Origin: Oligoflexia bacterium
GTDB lineage: Bacteria; Bdellovibrionota; UBA1018
Direction: 5' to 3'
Assembly: GCA_043732485.1 (NCBI GenBank)
Contig: JAYTHP010000171.1
Span: 1 to 11,056 of the forward strand
Length of the DNA: 11,056 bases
The notes beneath the pieces are model-generated. The model was not told the origin of the DNA. It ran no database searches and was given only the letters and a program-made list of their open reading frames with translations. The translations under genes and the position numbers were made by a program. Positions 1 through 7,420 of the stretch are shown here, one piece after another (position 1 is the first letter of the stretch; each line of letters opens with the position of its first letter).

Positions 1-174
1 TAACCCTGGTTTCGAATGCCCGCCTCCCGCTTGCACTTCAGCGCTCACCAAGAACTGGGTTAAGCACTGCGTCAGGATCAGGAGTTGACACAGCGCAAAA
101 AGAGAGGCGGGCCGCTGCTTTAGTTCAGGGGTCAAAGTCATTTTCATCGTATTTTTCCTCGTATTTTTCACCAC
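1..174 (-). CDS. 5' part of a probable secreted protein (Sec signal peptide), running off the left edge of the window
   Basis: Hand translation from GTG at 174 (alternative starts GTG 171, ATG 147): MVKNTRKNTMKMTLTPELKQRPASLFALCQLLILTQCLTQFLVSAEVQA|GGGHSKPGL, with no stop before position 1. It has a basic N-region, a hydrophobic core and a V-Q-A cleavage-like motif. AGGAGGT Shine-Dalgarno at 179-185. Not present in the supplied ORF track. Confidence 0.6.
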   Translation of the reverse strand, partial: MVKNTRKNTMKMTLTPELKQRPASLFALCQLLILTQCLTQFLVSAEVQAGGGHSKPGL

Positions 175-267
175 CGTGACCTCCTGAAGCGGAGAACAGA
201 GCATTTTACAGCGTTTTTCACAAATTTCTTTTTTCTCTCACCGACTAGCTCTTTTAGCCTGTAATAA

Positions 268-515
268 GCTTGCGTAGATCAATCTGCAAGCAATCACGCA
301 AATGATTGAATCTATCGACAAAGTAAGTCGAAAAGATCAAATCGTGCCACCGATTTGAAGCACTGCCCTAGCCCCTGAGTCGTCGATTGCTCAATCGCCT
401 TGCGTGTCGCTAAACCTCAAGAGACATAAACCACGCTCAAAAGACATAAAAATTTGATCTAAAACGGACTTCTACGAAAATTGACGTAAAAAGTCAACAG
501 CCATTGTGCTAAAAT
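268..515. promoter_or_regulatory. Divergent promoter region with clustered palindromes and direct repeats (candidate operator array)
   Basis: AATC-N8-GATT at 292-307 and 340-355. TYGAC-N7-GTCRA at 315-331 and 481-497. CGATTG-CT-CAATCG at 384-397. Direct repeat CTCAA(G/A)AGACATAAA at 416-430 and 436-450. Extended -10 TGcTAAAAT at 507-515 on the + strand. Confidence 0.5.
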
Positions 516-566
516 TAACAGCCTCGCCTCCGAGTCGGAACAGTCAGCAAAAGAAGGGGGCGGGGG

Positions 567-767
567 ATGTCAGCAGCGGCGGTTTACAAAAAGTACCCTA
601 CCAATACCGCCTCGCGCCCTTCGAGAGCCAAAAGACCGCACACAACTACTCTCGAGATCCAGACAGGGGTGATCCAGGCTCTAAAAAAAGCGGTGAGGCG
701 GGCTTTCCAGTCGGCAACGGTCTTGACGGGCCACCCGACCGCCTGCCGCACTGAAGCCAAGGCTTAG
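567..767 (+). CDS. Possible small basic hypothetical protein (66 aa)
   Basis: ATG preceded by purine-rich AAGGGGGCGGGGG, an extended -10 element about 50 nt upstream, and a hairpin at the stop. No family recognised. Confidence 0.3.
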   Translation: MSAAAVYKKYPTNTASRPSRAKRPHTTTLEIQTGVIQALKKAVRRAFQSATVLTGHPTACRTEAKA

Positions 768-779
768 GCTAACTAAGCC
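761..779. terminator. Hairpin at the end of the 567-767 ORF (weak terminator candidate)
   Basis: GGCTTAG-gctaa-CTAAGCC is a perfect 7-bp stem, but there is no good U-tract. Confidence 0.2.
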
Positions 780-1186
780 CCTCTATCTCCTTCCAAACCT
801 GGGAAGTGCGGGCTTAGGGAATTCATTAGAGAATGCATTGGAGAGATCAATTGAGGCTTTTTCTCGCAACTGTCGACATGGCGCTCTCAAGTCTGAGTGT
901 CTTGCGCTTCCACCGAAACCGGATGAAAAAAATGGTTTTTCTTTGATCGAGGCGAGCTGATGCGTCTCACTGACGCATCGCGCAGGTTCCAGCGGCGCTC
1001 ACTGCTTCCTCTCCTTTCACCCTCTTTTCCCCTCTTACGTGACCTCTCCTGCTGATTTTTCCCGTCCGCTCTCCCTAGCGCCGATCACTGTAGTCACCCG
1101 AGGAGAGGTCCGTCACGCTGAGGTAACACGTCCACTTAAAACCGGTCGCCCCAGGCGTTCAAAGCTAAAGCACTGCCAGAGACAAG

Positions 1187-1525
1187 TCAGTGGGGAAGTC
1201 TACTGCTCTCTCCCGCTGCTCTCAGCGCTGAGAGGCCCAAAAAAAAACTCCCTCGTTCTTGAAAAAAAAACGACTCTTCAGCTGTTTTTAACTGCCGGAG
1301 GCCTTCCATAAGAAGCAACCGCATCAGGATCTGATAGGACACTCTTCTTTCCTTGGCAAATTTTTTAAATGCAGCAACCAACGGAGTCGCTGGCGGAAGA
1401 GGAGTAGGGAACTTTTTAGGCTCCTTACTTGCAGCCCGAGCCTTCTTGAGGCCTCTTTTGACCGGCTCCCCATCTCCCTCAACAGCGCCCTCGTAACTCT
1501 TTTCACTTTTTAAGTACCGCGTCAT
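1187..1525 (-). CDS. CopG/ribbon-helix-helix antitoxin-like DNA-binding protein, possibly degenerate; probable start ATG 1525
   Basis: Motif LVAAFKKFAKERRVSYQILMRLLLMEGLRQLK fits the 'K..A...G..YQ.L.R..L' pattern of CopG-family (BrnA-like) antitoxins. AGGAGG at 1530-1535 precedes ATG 1525 (MTRYLK...). Confidence 0.55.
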   Translation of the reverse strand: MTRYLKSEKSYEGAVEGDGEPVKRGLKKARAASKEPKKFPTPLPPATPLVAAFKKFAKERRVSYQILMRLLLMEGLRQLKTAEESFFFQERGSFFLGLSALRAAGESSRLPH

Positions 1526-1737
1526 ACTTCCTCCTGTCAGTTTCCCTCTCATCTGTTTCCCTTTCAAACAAAGAGGTCTTTGAGTCACAAGGCTACCCCA
1601 CACTCAACTGGCAATAAAGGCAAACTGCGCCCCCATTTCACACAGGTTGCCACACTGCTCAGGAGAACTTTAGTGGATCGGCTTTCTCAACCTAAAAGCG
1701 AGCCTCACATCAGTCGGCCCATAAAAAAAGGTAAGTA

Positions 1738-1766
1738 AGAGAGAGAGAGAGTACGACAGAGAGAGA
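1738..1766. repeat. Interrupted (AG)n simple repeat
   Basis: agagagagagagag-tacgac-agagagaga directly downstream of fliI. Confidence 0.7.
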
Positions 1767-1810
1767 AACCGGATGTCGCACGCCAAGGCTGTCCCGTCAA
1801 GCGCTTCAAC

Positions 1811-3268
1811 TTAAAAGCGGATACTGGCCACCGCGTTTTTGCCAGGCTGCCCTGAACTGGGCTGATGAGCCTTGCTATTTTGAGCCGTGCCGTTTTGCAA
1901 CGCTAAGTAGCGCTCTGACAATTGAAAAATCGCTTCCATGGCACTTAAGGTCTCGCTTAAGGTGGCCTTCTCGTTCATATCTTGTTTGAGAAAATCCAGC
2001 AAGCGGTCCATCACCAGGATGCTTTGATCAATCTTAGGGTTACTGCCTTTGACGTAAGCGCCAATCTGGATTAAATCCTCGGCTTGGGCGTAAACCGCTA
2101 ACCACTCCCGCAACTGACCTGCCCACTTCAGGTGCTGAGGACTGGCAACACTGCGCATCACCCGACTGGTGCTTTGTAAAACGTCGATTGCCGGGAAGTG
2201 ATTTTTTTCGGCAATTTTGCGATTTAAAACGATGTGACCATCAAGGACCGAGCGCACGCTATCGGCAATCGGATCATCCATGTCATCGCCTTCCACGAGT
2301 ACGGTATAGAGTCCGGTAATGCTGCCTCGGGTGGGCGCCATCCCGGCGCGCTCGAGCAGTTTGGGGATCATCGCGAAGACGCTGGGGGTATAGCCCTTCG
2401 AGGCAGGCGGCTCGCCCATGGCCAGCCCGATTTCTCGTTGCGCCATGCAAAAGCGGGTCACGGAATCCATCAAGAGCAGCACGTCTTTGCCTTGGTCGCG
2501 AAAGAACTCAGCAATGCTGGTGGCCAAGAAGGCTCCCCGCATGCGCATTAACGCGGACTTATCGGAAGTGGAGACCACCAGCACCGATTTTTTTAAGCCC
2601 TCAGGCCCTAAGTCGCGCTCAATGAATTCGCGCACCTCGCGTCCACGCTCACCAATTAAGGCAATGACGTTGACGTCCGCTTGGGTGTGTTGCGCGAGCA
2701 TCCCGAGTAAGACCGATTTACCGACTCCTGAGCCTGCCATAATTCCCATGCGCTGACCCTTGCCACAAGTCAGTAAGCCATTAATCGCCCGCACACCTAA
2801 GTCCAAGGGCTCCCCGATCACTTCGCGCTCCAGCGGATGAGCAGGCTTGTGATACAAGTCGCGCTCTTGGGAGCCTTCTTCGCTTAAATCAAGCTCTCCC
2901 AAGGCATCCAGCGGCCGACCCAAGCCATCCAGCACCCGGCCTAAGAACCCATGGCCGACCCACACCGTGGGTCGCTTCCACTTCAAGAGCACCAAACTGC
3001 CGTTGTTCACCCCTTGTGCCTCTTCAAACGGCATCAACAGTACCCTGCGATCACGAAAGCCGATGACTTCAGCATCAAACTGGGTTTCAGATTGTCGTTT
3101 GCCGCCAGGAAAAATCTGACACAAGCTGCCCACTGACGCGCCAGGCAAATAGGCCTCAAAGAGTAAGCCAATCACCTTGGTGATCTTGCCTACCCCGGTA
3201 TAGAGCATGGCTGAGGCGAGTTGCTCATCATAGCGAGCGTGATCCAGGATCCAGGCCTCACCGATCAT
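1811..3268 (-). CDS. fliI: Flagellar export ATPase FliI (FliI/YscN family)
   Basis: Walker A AGSGVGKS, GERGREVREF, Walker B LLLMDSVTR, GEPPASKGY, VLVEGDDMDDP and LDGHIVL motifs. Follows fliH. Start taken as ATG 3268 (MIGEAW), 4 nt after the fliH stop, rather than 3301. Confidence 0.97.
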   Translation of the reverse strand: MIGEAWILDHARYDEQLASAMLYTGVGKITKVIGLLFEAYLPGASVGSLCQIFPGGKRQSETQFDAEVIGFRDRRVLLMPFEEAQGVNNGSLVLLKWKRPTVWVGHGFLGRVLDGLGRPLDALGELDLSEEGSQERDLYHKPAHPLEREVIGEPLDLGVRAINGLLTCGKGQRMGIMAGSGVGKSVLLGMLAQHTQADVNVIALIGERGREVREFIERDLGPEGLKKSVLVVSTSDKSALMRMRGAFLATSIAEFFRDQGKDVLLLMDSVTRFCMAQREIGLAMGEPPASKGYTPSVFAMIPKLLERAGMAPTRGSITGLYTVLVEGDDMDDPIADSVRSVLDGHIVLNRKIAEKNHFPAIDVLQSTSRVMRSVASPQHLKWAGQLREWLAVYAQAEDLIQIGAYVKGSNPKIDQSILVMDRLLDFLKQDMNEKATLSETLSAMEAIFQLSERYLALQNGTAQNSKAHQPSSGQPGKNAVASIRF

Positions 3269-3272
3269 ACCG

Positions 3273-4139
3273 TTAGCGCCCCCTGGGGTTGAGCAGCGCA
3301 TCGCTGATGCCGCGCAGTTGCGTGTCTAAATCTGCTTCCAAAGTGGTCCACTCGGTTTCTAAATGGGCGCCGCCTTGGACAATGCTCTTAGAAGGCTCAA
3401 TGGTTAGGTTCTTTAACTGACCTAAGACACTGACCAGATCCTCTTTGAGGCTCTCGGCGCTTGCAAAATCAGCCAGACTGACTTTCAGGACCATGCGATC
3501 CTTCAAGTCGACCTTGGAGATCAGCTCACGCGACAGCCGCAGCAAGTAGCCGCGATCCGTTTCAAGCTCTTTCAGGAGTACCATTTTGCCGATGCGGTAA
3601 ATCACGTCCATCAAGAAACGCTCGTTGGCCTCAAAGATCTTCTCTTTGGCCGCTTCAAAGGCGGCCAAGAGTTGATCGAGCTTCTCGAATCTGTCTTGAC
3701 TGGCCGAGCGCTCTTGCGCCAGCGCTTCCGCTTGGCCCTTTTCCAGCCCCGCCGCAAAGCCCTTTTCCCAGGCCTGAGCTTCCACTTTGTGTGCCATCAG
3801 ACGAATCTTGGCCTCAACCTTTTGCTCTAAAATCTTGGTCTCTTGCGCTTCCACCGACAGCGGCTCTTTGATCAGAGGGTTTAAGCTAAACCTGCGATCG
3901 CGCTGCGCCCGCACCTCGCGTTCTTGATCGGTAATCGCAAGCGGGCCAAATTTCTCCTTCACCCGCTCGTAGGAGGGACTTTTTGACAAGCGCGGGTACT
4001 GAAACTCACTCACTTGGTGGGCGGCAGGTGGTGCCTCAGCCACGGGGATTTGACTGGCCTGCGCTGTTTTTGGCGCAGGCTGCGGCTGAATGAGATCGTG
4101 CGAGGCCTGAGTTTCGGTAAAGGGTTTAAAGGCTGCCAC
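3273..4139 (-). CDS. fliH: Flagellar assembly protein FliH
   Basis: AxxxG(xxxG)nxxxA repeat AWEKGFAAGLEKGQAEA, C-terminal 'IVQGGAHLETEWTTLEADLDTQL' typical of FliH/YscL, and position between fliG and fliI. GTG start. Confidence 0.9.
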   Translation of the reverse strand: MAAFKPFTETQASHDLIQPQPAPKTAQASQIPVAEAPPAAHQVSEFQYPRLSKSPSYERVKEKFGPLAITDQEREVRAQRDRRFSLNPLIKEPLSVEAQETKILEQKVEAKIRLMAHKVEAQAWEKGFAAGLEKGQAEALAQERSASQDRFEKLDQLLAAFEAAKEKIFEANERFLMDVIYRIGKMVLLKELETDRGYLLRLSRELISKVDLKDRMVLKVSLADFASAESLKEDLVSVLGQLKNLTIEPSKSIVQGGAHLETEWTTLEADLDTQLRGISDALLNPRGR

Positions 4140-4162
4140 GGGACTTACTCACTTTTTTGGGG

Positions 4163-5176
4163 TTACACCAAGGCATCCGCTTCGCCTCCGCGACTAATGA
4201 TGATCTTGCCTTCCGCCTCTAAGCGTTTGGCGACATTGATGATTTCTTGCTGAGCGGTTTCCACATCAGCCAAGCGCATCGGTCCTAGCGCCTCTAAATC
4301 CTCACGCAGTAGATCGGCTGCGCGCTTGGAGATGTTGCGGAAGATCTTTTCACGAATGGCATCAGGCGCGGTCTTGAGCGCCACCACCAGCTTGTCGTTG
4401 GCCACGTCTTTCAGGAGCGTTTGCATGCCGCGGTCATCAATGAACGCGATGTCCTCAAAAACGAACATCAGTTTCTTAATCTCTTCGGCCAACTGCGGAT
4501 CCTTCTCTTCCACCCGCGCCATGATGTTTTGCTCAATCGTCTTGTCCATGGAATTCAGCATCTCAGCAATCGGCTGCACCCCGCCCAGGTGCTGGGTGTC
4601 GATTGAACCCAAGGTGGCAAGCTCTTGCTTCAAGACTTCGTCCACTTGGGCAATCAAATAAGGGGAAATAAAATCAAGATTAGCGATACGCAAGACCACT
4701 TCAGTTTGAATCGATTCCGGTAGGCGTCTCAGGACTTCGCACTTTTTGTTAGGCTCTAAGTGGGCTAAAATCAAAGCAATGGTCTGCGGATGCTCGTTCA
4801 TCAAGAAATTGGCCAGCGTGCGTGAGTCGACCAACTCCAGCGCCTCAAGCGTGCGCGACCCCTCGACCACCGAGAGTTGTCCGAGCACGGTTTTTGCCCG
4901 CTCCTCGCCTAAGGTCGATAAAACAAACTCGCGTCCTTGCGCGTGGCCAAAGATTAAATTATCTTCTTCCGATAACTCCGCGTAATAATACTCTAACACC
5001 TGCTTAACGAGGTTGATTGACACCTTGGTGACCATCCCCATCGAGGCCACGAGCCGTTTGACGTCGTTGTCCTTCATCTCTTTGAAGATCTTGGCCGTCA
5101 CTTGATTGCCAAGGGCGTTGAGTAACAGGGCTGATCGCTCCAGCCCGCTCATGTTTTCATAGGCATCAAATGACAT
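4163..5176 (-). CDS. fliG: Flagellar motor switch protein FliG
   Basis: 337 aa with EHPQTIALIL motif, Gly-Gly linker (LGGV), MFVFEDI motif and torque-helix region (EDLEALGPMRLADVETAQQEI). Confidence 0.97.
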   Translation of the reverse strand: MSFDAYENMSGLERSALLLNALGNQVTAKIFKEMKDNDVKRLVASMGMVTKVSINLVKQVLEYYYAELSEEDNLIFGHAQGREFVLSTLGEERAKTVLGQLSVVEGSRTLEALELVDSRTLANFLMNEHPQTIALILAHLEPNKKCEVLRRLPESIQTEVVLRIANLDFISPYLIAQVDEVLKQELATLGSIDTQHLGGVQPIAEMLNSMDKTIEQNIMARVEEKDPQLAEEIKKLMFVFEDIAFIDDRGMQTLLKDVANDKLVVALKTAPDAIREKIFRNISKRAADLLREDLEALGPMRLADVETAQQEIINVAKRLEAEGKIIISRGGEADALV

Positions 5177-5199
5177 TGCGCTCTTGCTCTCCCTTTAGT

Positions 5200-6924
5200 T
5201 TACGCTTGTGCTTGCCGCTGGGTGGGCTTTTGTCCGGCTTTCCCCTCGGGCTCTTCCCTTGCATCGGAGGCTGAGCGCTTGGCGGAATCACTGAGTAACC
5301 AATCTTTGACGATAAAAGCGGCCTTGTGCGGATTAGAGTCAATCAGTGAGACGATCTTCTCTTTGATCATCTCGCCTTCCACTTTCACCGGATCGAGGGA
5401 ATCAGGGATGACCGGGATATTTTCCTCAAAGTTGGGCAAGATACTGGACTTTTGTAACCGCTCAAGCTCCTCAATGGTTTGCGGCAAGAAGGTATCGACC
5501 GACTCCGAGGTGTTATCGGTCAACCAGCGAATGAACGGCTTGACCACCACCAGGAAGAACAAGGCCAGGGTGACCAGAATCACCGCATAGAGCATCACTT
5601 TTTCCAGATAACTCTTCTGCTCGCGCTCAAGCACCACTCGCTCGGCGTCCTCAAAATCCACCTGCTGAAACTCTAAACTCTTAATCTCCAGCGTATCGCC
5701 GCGCACCTTATCCAACCCCACCGCAGAGGAGGCGATCTTTTCAAACTCCTTCATCTGCTCAGCCGTCCAGTCCTCGACCTTAGTGATCACTTTTTGATCC
5801 TTATCCTTAACCTTCAACCGCTTGGCATCCAAGACAATGGCCACCGATAAGCGCTTAATCGCCCCCAAGGACTTAGTCGTCCGCCGGATGGTCTCAGGCA
5901 CCTTATAATTGGTCACCTCGTTGTTCTTGTTGGTTTGCGTCTTCACATCCCCCTGTCCAGAAGCCGTTTGTCCAGGGGTGTTGGACTGACTGCCAGCCCC
6001 GCCAAAGGCCCCAGGCCGGGTGCCGTTCATCGAGTCGTTGTGCTTTTCGACGGAGACCACCGCGGCGCTATCATTGTCGTAAAGGGTTTGCGTTTCATTG
6101 ACTTGCATGAAATCTAAATCCGCGTTGACGGTGGCAGCCACCTTGCCCTCACCGACAATCCGCCCTAACATCGCCTCAATGCGCCGCTCCAAGTCGCTTT
6201 GCACTTTTTCCTGGTACTCCAGCTGGGTGGCGGTGGCAGCGGCCAAGGGGTCGGAACGATTGGTCGAGAGCACCTTGCCGTCGGAGTTCATGATGATCAC
6301 GTCGTTGGGCTCTAAGCCCTCCACCCCGCGTGCCACCATCGTGCCGATCCCTAACACCTGCTTGTCACTGAGTTGCACTCCTAGATCCAGATCCAGCACG
6401 ACTGAGGCGGAAGGCTTTCTTTGATCCTCAATGAAGGTGCTCTTTTGCGGCAGCGCTAAGTGCACCCTTGAGCGTTTGACCCCGCGGATGGTGTTAATCG
6501 TGCGCATCAACTCACCTTCTTGCGCCCGCTTCTGGTTGAGCTTTTGCACGAAACTGGTGGTCCCGAGCGACTGCTTGTCAAAAAGCTCATAACCCACCAC
6601 GCTGTTTTGTGGCAAACCCATGGTCGCAAGCTCCAGCCTGAAATCATAGACGCTTTGCGAGGGAATGGAGATGATCTTGCCAGTCGGGTCGGTGATAAAA
6701 GCAATGTGCTTCTCGCGCAAGATACGCATAATGTTGGTCGCATCGTCTGGACTTAAATTGGTCATGAGCGGCACGTAATTCTTATCGCCCAGCCAACCAA
6801 AGGTCACAGCGCAGACCGCCACAATGGCACTCAGCACGCCAACTAAGGCTGCCATTTTAGCCCACGACAGCGTGCGCAAGAACTCGCGAATCTGACCTAA
6901 AATACGGTTAAAACCAGTTTCCAC
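5200..6924 (-). CDS. fliF: Flagellar MS-ring protein FliF
   Basis: Two TM segments, VGYELFDKQSLGTTSFVQ, RAQEGELMRTI, RVHLALP, PSASVVL, GAIKRLSVAIVLD, VGLDKVRGD and C-terminal AAFIVKDWL. GTG start with an in-frame TGA just upstream. Confidence 0.97.
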   Translation of the reverse strand: METGFNRILGQIREFLRTLSWAKMAALVGVLSAIVAVCAVTFGWLGDKNYVPLMTNLSPDDATNIMRILREKHIAFITDPTGKIISIPSQSVYDFRLELATMGLPQNSVVGYELFDKQSLGTTSFVQKLNQKRAQEGELMRTINTIRGVKRSRVHLALPQKSTFIEDQRKPSASVVLDLDLGVQLSDKQVLGIGTMVARGVEGLEPNDVIIMNSDGKVLSTNRSDPLAAATATQLEYQEKVQSDLERRIEAMLGRIVGEGKVAATVNADLDFMQVNETQTLYDNDSAAVVSVEKHNDSMNGTRPGAFGGAGSQSNTPGQTASGQGDVKTQTNKNNEVTNYKVPETIRRTTKSLGAIKRLSVAIVLDAKRLKVKDKDQKVITKVEDWTAEQMKEFEKIASSAVGLDKVRGDTLEIKSLEFQQVDFEDAERVVLEREQKSYLEKVMLYAVILVTLALFFLVVVKPFIRWLTDNTSESVDTFLPQTIEELERLQKSSILPNFEENIPVIPDSLDPVKVEGEMIKEKIVSLIDSNPHKAAFIVKDWLLSDSAKRSASDAREEPEGKAGQKPTQRQAQA

Positions 6925-7037
6925 GCACCCTCAACTCTCTCACTGACTTACTTCTCCCGGGGAAGAACACACCCACACACGCTCTTTCTCCTCCACCCCC
7001 CTAGACACACTAGCAGCCACCCACCCCCAGCAACGGA

Positions 7038-7388
7038 CTAGACTTGCATGCGCATGATCTCGCGGTAAGCATCCAAGACCTTATTGCGCACTTGCATCAT
7101 CAGCTTGAGTGAGGTGTCAGCTCGCTCTACCGTGAGCAAGGTCTCATGAATGTTCTTATTGCGGCCCGCTACTAACTCTTTCATCGCCTGATCGGCTTCC
7201 ATTTGATCGGTATTGACCTTGTTTAGGGAGTCTTGCAGCAGATCCGAAAAATTCATCCCACCCGGGCCAGGAGCCTCAGGTCCCTGCGCCGCGTTACCCA
7301 GGCTGCTGGAGCGCGCCCCCCCCATCAAGCCTTCGACATCGCCGCCTTGCACGATGCGGTTGAGATTCTCAATACTCAAGTTACTCAT
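7038..7388 (-). CDS. fliE: Flagellar hook-basal body protein FliE
   Basis: FSDLLQDSLNKVN...NIHETLLTVERADTSLKLMMQVRNKVLDAYREIMRMQV signature. GGGAGG Shine-Dalgarno. Confidence 0.97.
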   Translation of the reverse strand: MSNLSIENLNRIVQGGDVEGLMGGARSSSLGNAAQGPEAPGPGGMNFSDLLQDSLNKVNTDQMEADQAMKELVAGRNKNIHETLLTVERADTSLKLMMQVRNKVLDAYREIMRMQV

Positions 7389-7420
7389 CCGATCCCTCCC
7401 TGCTGAGCGTCACAAAAGCC

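Noticed and set aside
334..349. Sigma54 promoter TGGCACG on the minus strand
   Set aside because: The -24 box is perfect, but the -12 position reads GATC instead of TTGC.
268..450. CRISPR-like array or integron attC sites in the palindrome cluster
   Set aside because: The units are not identical repeats with unique spacers, there are no RYYYAAC/GTTRRRY boundaries, and no cas or integrase gene is present.
1039..1311. 90-aa + strand ORF (also 506-754 + and 1324-1506 -)
   Set aside because: No SD or recognisable domain, and each overlaps a better candidate.
1609..1652. AAGGCAAAC...GGTTGCCA resembling the ends of a c-di-GMP-I (GEMM) riboswitch
   Set aside because: It lacks the GAAA tetraloop stem and the GACGCAAA core, and is too short.
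3269..3301. FliI start at 3301 as given in the ORF track
   Set aside because: It overlaps the fliH end by 29 nt. ATG 3268, just after the fliH stop with upstream AGGGGG, is more plausible.
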